Below, one piece after another: positions 48,795 through 55,342 of a stretch of DNA of 55,342 nt (its first letter is position 1; each line of letters opens with the position of its first letter). The position numbers and the translations under genes are program-made. Below the pieces are notes generated by a model. The model was not told the origin of the DNA and made no database searches. It saw nothing but the letters and a program-made list of their open reading frames with translations. The DNA is from Fidelibacterota bacterium (lineage in GTDB: Bacteria > Fidelibacterota > Marinisomatia > Marinisomatales > TCS55): NCBI GenBank assembly GCA_027251445.1, contig JAPNQO010000025.1, positions 1-55,342 of the forward strand. Reading direction: 5' to 3'.

Positions 48795-50051
48795 ATGAAG
48801 TTTCGTTCTATAAAAGGCACTTATGATGTTTTACCAGATGTTTCCAATAAATGGAAAAGCATAGAATCATATATTCATAAGAACCTTAATCGCGCTGGTT
48901 ATAATGAAATTCGAACGCCTATTTTTGAAAATACAGAATTATTTAAACGAAGCGTTGGGTTAGATAGCGATGTTGTTTCAAAGGAAATGTATAGCTGGAT
49001 TGATCAAGGTGGAACAGATCTGACTTTAAAGCCAGAATATACAGCTTCTGTTGTTCGTTCATATATTCAAAATAATCTTGGTGCTAGCCTACCTGTAAGC
49101 AAGCTCTATTATATTGGTGATTTATTCCGCAGAGAGCGTCCTCAAAAAGGTCGTTATAGACAATTTCGACAATTTGGTATTGAAGCAATAGGGTCTAAAT
49201 ATCCTGAGCAAGATTCAGAGGTTATATCAATTGCGTACAATCTTATAACAGGGCTTGGTATTAATGATATTACTTTAAAGCTAAATAGTATCGGTTCATC
49301 AGAAACGAGAAAGAATTACAAACAGGCTTTGCTAAAGTTTTTAAAACCAAAGTATGATCAATTATCAGAAACGAGTAGAAACAGATTTGATTCAAATCCT
49401 TTACGAATTCTTGATACAAAAAATAAATCTGAAATAGAATTACTAAAAAAGGCGCCGAAAATCACTGAATATTTATCAAAAGAAGATGATTTGCATTTCA
49501 CTGAGGTAAAAACTTATTTAAATGATCTTAGTATACCTTTCACATTAGATACAAATCTTGTTCGAGGGCTCGATTATTATACACGCACAACATTTGAAAT
49601 AGCTTCTAATACTCTTGGCGCTCAAGATGCTATATGTGGTGGTGGAAGATATGATAAACTTGTTGGATCGCTTGGAGGAAAACCGTCACCAGCTGTTGGG
49701 TTTGCAGCGGGATTAGAAAGATTATTATTAGCGATGGGTGATAAAAATGAACTGGCTAATAAAGAAATAAAAAAAATATATTTGATCGGTTTAGGAGATA
49801 AAGCTCGTTCTACAATGATGAAAATTTTGAATAACATTAGAAGTTCTGGGTATTATGTTGAGTTTGACTCGTTAAGGCGAAGCCTTAAAGCTCAGTTAAG
49901 AGAGTCTAATAAACTTGGTGCATCTATCACAATAATTATTGGCGAACAAGAGATGGAAGAACATTGCGCTCAAATCAAAGATCTTACAAGTGGGAATCAA
50001 GAATCTGTTCCATTTGATTCAATTATTTCATACATAGAAGACTTAAAATAA
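48795..50051 (+). CDS. hisS: Histidine--tRNA ligase
   Basis: KGTYD, TPIFE, LKPEYTAS, FRRERPQKGRYRQF, VRGLDYY, GGGRYD and GFAAGLER. Confidence 0.97.
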   Translation: MKFRSIKGTYDVLPDVSNKWKSIESYIHKNLNRAGYNEIRTPIFENTELFKRSVGLDSDVVSKEMYSWIDQGGTDLTLKPEYTASVVRSYIQNNLGASLPVSKLYYIGDLFRRERPQKGRYRQFRQFGIEAIGSKYPEQDSEVISIAYNLITGLGINDITLKLNSIGSSETRKNYKQALLKFLKPKYDQLSETSRNRFDSNPLRILDTKNKSEIELLKKAPKITEYLSKEDDLHFTEVKTYLNDLSIPFTLDTNLVRGLDYYTRTTFEIASNTLGAQDAICGGGRYDKLVGSLGGKPSPAVGFAAGLERLLLAMGDKNELANKEIKKIYLIGLGDKARSTMMKILNNIRSSGYYVEFDSLRRSLKAQLRESNKLGASITIIIGEQEMEEHCAQIKDLTSGNQESVPFDSIISYIEDLK

Positions 50052-50132
50052 AAGATCTTTTTTTTAACTAAAAAAATAATTTGATGAAAAATTACTTGCA
50101 TAAATTATGAAAAACGTAAATTCGACGTCATT

Positions 50133-52652
50133 ATGAGTCAAAAATCTGTAATAATAGTTGAATCTCCTTCCAAGGCAAAGACTATTTCAAAATATTTAGA
50201 TGATCAATATGAGGTTGTTGCTTGTGTTGGTCATGTAAAAGATTTGCCTCGCGGGTCATTGGGTGTAGATGTTGATAACAAGTTTCAAATGGAATTAGTT
50301 GTTTTAGATGATAAAAAAGATTTTTTTAAACAACTAGCCTCCAAAGCAAAATCTGCACCTGAAATTATTTTAGCAACAGACCCAGATCGGGAAGGTGAGG
50401 CGATTGCTTCTCATATTGCATCAGAGGTCCCTGATTCAAAGATATCTCGTGTTCAATTTACAGAAATTACCAATTTTGGTGTAAAGAACGGGATGGAACA
50501 TAAGGTTAATATTGATGAAAATCTTGTAGAAGCACAGCGTACACGGCGTATAATAGATCGTTTAGTAGGGTATAAAATTTCAAAAGTTTTATGGATTACA
50601 TTACAGAAAAATATGAATTTTGTTAAACAATCACTTTCAGCTGGACGTGTGCAATCTGCAGCTTTAAAAATTATAATTGATAGGGAAAGAAAACGGGCAA
50701 AATTTAAAAAGGTAACCTATTTTGGACTTTCCGCTAAATTATTAACTAGTAAAAAAGAAGCACTAAATGCAAAGTTATTTATTATGGATTCAAAACGCAT
50801 TGCAAAAGGACAGGATTTTGATCAAGAAAGCGGAACATTAAAAAAAGATGGGTTAATCGCATTAAGTGGTTCTCAAGCAAAGGCTCTTGTAAAAGAAATA
50901 AATCCAGGTCCTTGGGTTGTTACCAATATTGAAGAAAAGCCAAAGACATCAAATCCAAAGCCTCCTTTTACTACTAGCACTTTACAGCAGGAAGCATCAA
51001 GAAAATTAAAATTTAGCACACGTATGACTATGAGTACTGCTCAAAGATTATATGAAGCAGGCCTTATCACATACATGCGTACAGATTCAATTAATCTTTC
51101 TAATGAAGCTATTAGTGCATCCAGAGATGTAATTAAAAAAGATTTTGGTTCTAATTATTTGCCAGACGAACCTCGTCAATATAAGGGTAAAGTAAAAAAT
51201 GCCCAGGAAGCCCACGAAGCAATTAGACCCGCAGGGCGACAATTTAAAACTATAAAAGATATAAAAGATTCTATGGGCGCAAATGAATCTAGTTTGTATG
51301 AATTGATATGGAAGAGAACAATTGCATCTCAAATGAAATCTGCTAAACTAAAACAAACAAGTATTACTATTAAAAATCAGAATACAGAATTTAGAGCAAA
51401 CGGGCAGGTGATTTTATTTGCAGGGTATATGGAGGTGTATGTAGAAGATGGAGATGATCCTAAATCACCAAATATAAATAAAGAAAATATATTACCTGAA
51501 TTGAAAGAAAATGATCATTTATCATGTGAAAATTTATCTATTGACGAATCTACAACTAAGCCGCCAGCTAGGTTTACAGAAGCAAGTCTAGTTAAAGAAA
51601 TGGAGGCTGATGGAATTGGGAGACCTTCAACTTATTCTGCAATTATTAATAAAATTTTACAAAAAGACTATGTTCGTAATAACAAAGGGTCTCTTACTCC
51701 AACTTTTCTGGCATTTGCAGTAACCCAATTGCTTGAAAACCATTTTACATCATTGGTCGATGCAAAGTTTACTGCTGAAATGGAAGATTCTCTAGATGCG
51801 ATTGCTCGAGGTGAACAGGAATCATTACCTTTTATGAAAGAATTTTATTTTGGATCAGAATCAGATAACGGCTTATTAGCAATGCTTGATGAAAAGATAG
51901 ATATACCTAAGGCTTGTATTATTCCATTAAATGGAGATGAAAAAGAACCAATTATAGCTCGTGTGGGAAATTATGGCCCATATATTCAGAAAGGCGATTT
52001 AAGAAGAAATATCCCTGATATACTTGCTCCAGGAGATATCACTATTGAGAAGGCAATGGAAATACTTAATCATGCTCCAGAAAAAGAAGATAAAGAGCTT
52101 GGGCCAGATCCTGAAACAGGACAAATAATCTTATTAAAAGTAGGTCCATATGGACCTTATGTGCAATTAGGTGATACTAAAACTAGAAAGTCTATACCTA
52201 AAAATGTTGATTTAGATAGTGTCAATATAGAATATGCTCTATCTCTACTTTCCCTCCCACGTAATATTGGGGAACATCCTGAAAGCAAAGAACCTATTTT
52301 TGCTGATTATGGTAGATATGGGCCATATATAAAAATGGGCAAACAAAATGCATCACTACGGGGTGATGAGACTCCACTGGATATTACACTTGAAAAAGCT
52401 GTCGAACTTCTTGCAAATAGAAATAAGAAAAGCTCTACATTACGATCTCTAGGCTCACATCCTGATAGTAATGAAGAAATTGTAGTAAAAGATGGAAGAT
52501 ATGGACCATATGTTTCTGATGGTAAGATTAACGCTTCTTTAAATAACTCCTTTGAACCTGATACAATCACTCTTGAGCAGGCAACTGAGTTAATTAATGA
52601 AAAAAGAGCTAAAGGGCCTACTAAAAGAAAACGCAAAAAGAAGAAAAAGTAA
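50133..52652 (+). CDS. topA: DNA topoisomerase I (type IA) with Topo_C repeat C-terminus
   Basis: VESPSKA, ATDPDREGE, SAGRVQ, ITYMRTD, AQEAHEAIRP and GIGRPSTY; four G(R/N/P)YGPY repeats; Lys/Arg tail. Confidence 0.97.
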   Translation: MSQKSVIIVESPSKAKTISKYLDDQYEVVACVGHVKDLPRGSLGVDVDNKFQMELVVLDDKKDFFKQLASKAKSAPEIILATDPDREGEAIASHIASEVPDSKISRVQFTEITNFGVKNGMEHKVNIDENLVEAQRTRRIIDRLVGYKISKVLWITLQKNMNFVKQSLSAGRVQSAALKIIIDRERKRAKFKKVTYFGLSAKLLTSKKEALNAKLFIMDSKRIAKGQDFDQESGTLKKDGLIALSGSQAKALVKEINPGPWVVTNIEEKPKTSNPKPPFTTSTLQQEASRKLKFSTRMTMSTAQRLYEAGLITYMRTDSINLSNEAISASRDVIKKDFGSNYLPDEPRQYKGKVKNAQEAHEAIRPAGRQFKTIKDIKDSMGANESSLYELIWKRTIASQMKSAKLKQTSITIKNQNTEFRANGQVILFAGYMEVYVEDGDDPKSPNINKENILPELKENDHLSCENLSIDESTTKPPARFTEASLVKEMEADGIGRPSTYSAIINKILQKDYVRNNKGSLTPTFLAFAVTQLLENHFTSLVDAKFTAEMEDSLDAIARGEQESLPFMKEFYFGSESDNGLLAMLDEKIDIPKACIIPLNGDEKEPIIARVGNYGPYIQKGDLRRNIPDILAPGDITIEKAMEILNHAPEKEDKELGPDPETGQIILLKVGPYGPYVQLGDTKTRKSIPKNVDLDSVNIEYALSLLSLPRNIGEHPESKEPIFADYGRYGPYIKMGKQNASLRGDETPLDITLEKAVELLANRNKKSSTLRSLGSHPDSNEEIVVKDGRYGPYVSDGKINASLNNSFEPDTITLEQATELINEKRAKGPTKRKRKKKKK

Positions 52653-52658
52653 TCTAAC

Positions 52659-53996
52659 ATGTCAGAATCATCCTTAGATAAAATAATTTCACTTTGCAAA
52701 AGAAGAGGATTTATATTTCAGAGCTCTGAAATATATGGAGGATTTGGAGCGGTATACGATTATGGTCCATTGGGTGTAGAATTAAAAAATAATATTTCTC
52801 ACTCCTGGTGGAAATTTATGACACATAATCATGAAAATATTGTTGGTCTGGATAGTGGTATTTTCATGCACCCAAAAATATGGGAGGCATCTGGGCATGT
52901 TGATGCCTTCAATGACCCATTAGTTGATTGTAAACAATGTAAAGCCCGATATCGTGCTGATGAACTTATTAAAGAAGATTTTATGAATGCAAATTGGGCT
53001 GAAATTCAATGTCCTAAATGTGGTACTACTGGTAACCTAACAAATCCACGTCAGTTTAATTTAATGTTTAAAACAAATATTGGGCCTATAGAATCGGAAA
53101 GTGAAACTGCTTACTTACGGCCGGAGACTGCTCAAGGAATATATGTAAATTATTTATTAGTACAGGGCACCATGCGACAAAAAGTTCCTTTTGGAATTGC
53201 ACAAATAGGAAAAGCTTTTCGTAATGAAATAGTTGCGCGAAATTTTATTTTTAGGACAAGAGAGTTTGAACAAATGGAAATGCAATATTTTGTTAAACCT
53301 GGCGATGATGATAATGCAATGATTGATTGGAAAGAAAAAAGATATAATTTTTATATTGATGAATTAGGGATAAGTGAAGATAAAATTCGTTTTCAGCAAC
53401 ACGGCAAGGATGAATTAGCACATTATGCAAAAGAGGCTTGGGATATAGAATATGAATTCCCATTTGGCTGGTCTGAAGTTGAAGGGGTCCATAATCGCAC
53501 TGATTTTGATCTAAAAAGACATCAAGAATTTTCTGGAAAAAATATGCAGTATTCTGACCAATTATTAAATGAAAAATATTTTCCATATATTATTGAAACT
53601 TCAGCAGGTTTGAATCGCATGTTATTAACTGTACTTTGTGATGCGTATTGGGACGATAGTGAAAATAACCGCATTGTTATGAAAATTCATCCTAAGCTAG
53701 CTCCGATAAAAGCTGTTGTATGTCCTCTTGTTAAAAAAGATGGGCTACCTGAGATAGGGCATAAAATTGTAAGCGATTTAATGAAAAATTTTAACGTGCT
53801 TTATGATCAACAAGGATCCATTGGTAAACGATATTATCGACAGGATGAGGCTGGCACACCTTTTTGTATTACAGTCGATCATGAATCAAAGGAAAATAAT
53901 ACAGTTACATTAAGAAATCGGGATGATCAAAATCAAGATCGTGTAAAAATCTCTGACTTGGTTTCGATCATACAAAATAGAATGGATATAGTATGA
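52659..53996 (+). CDS. glyQS: Glycine--tRNA ligase (alpha2, GlyQS type)
   Basis: KRRGF, YDYGPLG, WEASGH, YLRPETAQG, GKAFRNE, FRTREFEQME and GSIGKRY.RQDE.GTP; CxxC...CxxC insertion. Confidence 0.97.
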   Translation: MSESSLDKIISLCKRRGFIFQSSEIYGGFGAVYDYGPLGVELKNNISHSWWKFMTHNHENIVGLDSGIFMHPKIWEASGHVDAFNDPLVDCKQCKARYRADELIKEDFMNANWAEIQCPKCGTTGNLTNPRQFNLMFKTNIGPIESESETAYLRPETAQGIYVNYLLVQGTMRQKVPFGIAQIGKAFRNEIVARNFIFRTREFEQMEMQYFVKPGDDDNAMIDWKEKRYNFYIDELGISEDKIRFQQHGKDELAHYAKEAWDIEYEFPFGWSEVEGVHNRTDFDLKRHQEFSGKNMQYSDQLLNEKYFPYIIETSAGLNRMLLTVLCDAYWDDSENNRIVMKIHPKLAPIKAVVCPLVKKDGLPEIGHKIVSDLMKNFNVLYDQQGSIGKRYYRQDEAGTPFCITVDHESKENNTVTLRNRDDQNQDRVKISDLVSIIQNRMDIV

Positions 53997-54745
53997 GTAA
54001 TCATCTTTCTTTAAGATCTGGGAATCCTGTGCTCCGATCTGATACATTTATTAGTAGACATACTGTAACAGATAGTGGGACCATGACAATAATGGGTACT
54101 GTTAATAAAACTGCATTATGTCTTTTACTATTAATGACTACAGCAATATTTGTATGGAATTTATCTCCATCTGATCCAAGAACATCGATTCTTATGATTG
54201 TTGGGGTTTTTGGCGGTCTTATCGTTGCTTTGATAACTGCATTTAAGCGTCATTTAGCCCCTTATACAACACCAATATATGCTTTATTAGAAGGACTGGC
54301 TCTTGGCGGAATATCTAAATTTTTTGAAGTAATGTATCCTGGTATAGTTAATCAAGCAGTTTTTCTTACTTTTGGTACATTGGCTGCATTATTATTTGCT
54401 TATCGATCGGGACTTATTAAACCTACAGAAAATTTCAAACTCGGAATTGTTGCTGCTACTGGAGGAATTTTTTTTGTTTATCTTATTAGCTTTATTTTAG
54501 GAATTTTTGGGGTCAACATTCCATTAGTACATAGCAATTCAAATTTTGGTATTCTATTTTCGTTCGGCGTAGTTGTGATCGCTGCTCTTAATCTTGTCCT
54601 TGATTTTGATTTTATCGAAGAAGGCGCAGAAAGAGGAGCACCAAAATATATGGAATGGTTTGGAGCCTTTGGTTTATTAGTTACGTTGATTTGGCTTTAT
54701 CTTGAAATTTTACATCTTTTAGCAAAATTACAATCTAGACGATAG
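53993..54745 (+). CDS. Bax inhibitor-1/YccA-like membrane protein (BaxI_1)
   Basis: RSGNP, MT..GTVNKT, YALLEG, LDFDFIE.G...GAPKYMEW..AFGL.VTLIWLYLEIL. Confidence 0.92.
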   Translation: MSNHLSLRSGNPVLRSDTFISRHTVTDSGTMTIMGTVNKTALCLLLLMTTAIFVWNLSPSDPRTSILMIVGVFGGLIVALITAFKRHLAPYTTPIYALLEGLALGGISKFFEVMYPGIVNQAVFLTFGTLAALLFAYRSGLIKPTENFKLGIVAATGGIFFVYLISFILGIFGVNIPLVHSNSNFGILFSFGVVVIAALNLVLDFDFIEEGAERGAPKYMEWFGAFGLLVTLIWLYLEILHLLAKLQSRR

Positions 54746-54922
54746 GAAAATATCTACCCCCAATAATGAGTATACTTTTCCCTTAATTGATCATCCTTTA
54801 AGTTATTAAAAACAATTATCCCCCTTAATAAAAATGGTTTTTTGCATATTTTATACATAACTATTTTATGGTTTTTGTTCGAAAAGTATAAATATCCAAA
54901 ATTAAAGAAAATGCATTATTTA

Positions 54923-54950
54923 TTGACAATTTGATATTTGTTATTATAAT
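54923..54950 (+). promoter_or_regulatory. Consensus sigma70 promoter
   Basis: TTGACA (54923-28)-16 nt-TATAAT (54945-50), about 90 nt upstream of the last gene. Confidence 0.75.
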
Positions 54951-55040
54951 TTAAGCTGAACTAAGGAATGTTCAGGCTACTCCACATACCTGACTTCAAA
55001 TAAACAGAAGAACATTAATGCTATGAAAAAAGGAGCTAAA

Positions 55041-55342
55041 ATGAAAAACGTCATTATAGCAATTAATTTTGTTGCCTTATTATTTGCTCAAAATGGTTCT
55101 ATTTCTGGAACTGTTACCGATGCGGATGGTAATCCTTTAGCTGGGGCAAATGTCGCAGTAGAGGGAACATCAATGGGTGGCGCAACAGTTGGATCTGGTG
55201 CTTATTTAATTAATGGAGTTTCTGCTGGAACTTATTCAGTTACAGCTTCATATATTGGATATAAATCAGGGACTAAATCTGTAACTGTATCTGATGGTGC
55301 AACAGCAACTGTAGATTTCACACTTTCAGTTGATGCTCTTGA
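55041..55342 (+). CDS. Partial TonB-dependent receptor-like protein (carboxypeptidase-regulatory-like N-domain), runs off right edge
   Basis: AAGGAG SD, then MKNVIIAINFVALLFA|QNGSISGTVTDADGNPLAGANVAVEGTSMGGAT...YSVTASYIGY...VDFTL; no stop before the window end. Confidence 0.8.
   Translation, partial: MKNVIIAINFVALLFAQNGSISGTVTDADGNPLAGANVAVEGTSMGGATVGSGAYLINGVSAGTYSVTASYIGYKSGTKSVTVSDGATATVDFTLSVDAL

Noticed and set aside
47760..52699. 130-131 aa minus-strand ORFs (47760..48155, 52307..52699)
   Set aside because: Antisense to lptD and topA, with no independent coding evidence.
54746..54835. Short C-run motifs (TATCTACCCCCAATA, TTTCCCTTAAT, TATCCCCCTTAATA) as a repeat array or CRISPR
   Set aside because: Too short, degenerate and irregularly spaced, with no cas genes.

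Overview
A 55 kb AT-rich, gene-dense chromosomal window from a diderm bacterium of the FCB group. It is most consistent with a Marinimicrobia/Calditrichota/Ignavibacteria-like lineage rather than Bacteroidota; this is an inference from T9SS genes combined with canonical Shine-Dalgarno sites, a TTGACA/TATAAT promoter and an alpha2-type GlyRS. The left 23.4 kb is one co-directional, tightly coupled minus-strand run: rdgB, sprA (T9SS translocon), a glutaminyl-cyclase-like M28 lipoprotein, a choice-of-anchor-X-like lipoprotein, a PorZ-like beta-propeller, two PorV/PorQ-family barrels, a DUF610 deacetylase, a class 3 asparaginase, three CTD-bearing cargo proteins and a truncated lipoprotein. The three cargos are an EEP nuclease-LTD, a 713-aa Ca-binding protein, and a 1345-aa protein with a c-type heme domain, eight OB-fold-like repeats and an LTD. 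The rest is mostly housekeeping and envelope genes: tRNA-Phe, a TonB-dependent receptor, an FAD oxidoreductase, a TolB-like lipoprotein, kdsA, an M14 peptidase, Nudix, ROK, SDR, an NTT-HEAT-cNMP transporter, a UshA-like protein, a YidD-like protein, tRNA-Thr, FKBP, rarA, an LptA-LptD fusion, hisS, topA, glyQS, BaxI and a partial TBDR. The most notable signals are: (i) a compact T9SS operon whose cargo resembles a split, heme-bearing ExeM-like extracellular nucleic-acid harvesting module; (ii) a strong 'Q-rule' (Gln after the signal peptide) with the glutaminyl cyclase encoded directly behind sprA; (iii) an unannotated ~70-90 nt RNA hairpin whose predicted start lies at a class II CRP-type promoter; and (iv) a near-consensus CRP box upstream of a secreted, disordered basic protein. 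No CRISPR array, rRNA or transposase was seen. All domain calls come from visual motif recognition, not database searches.
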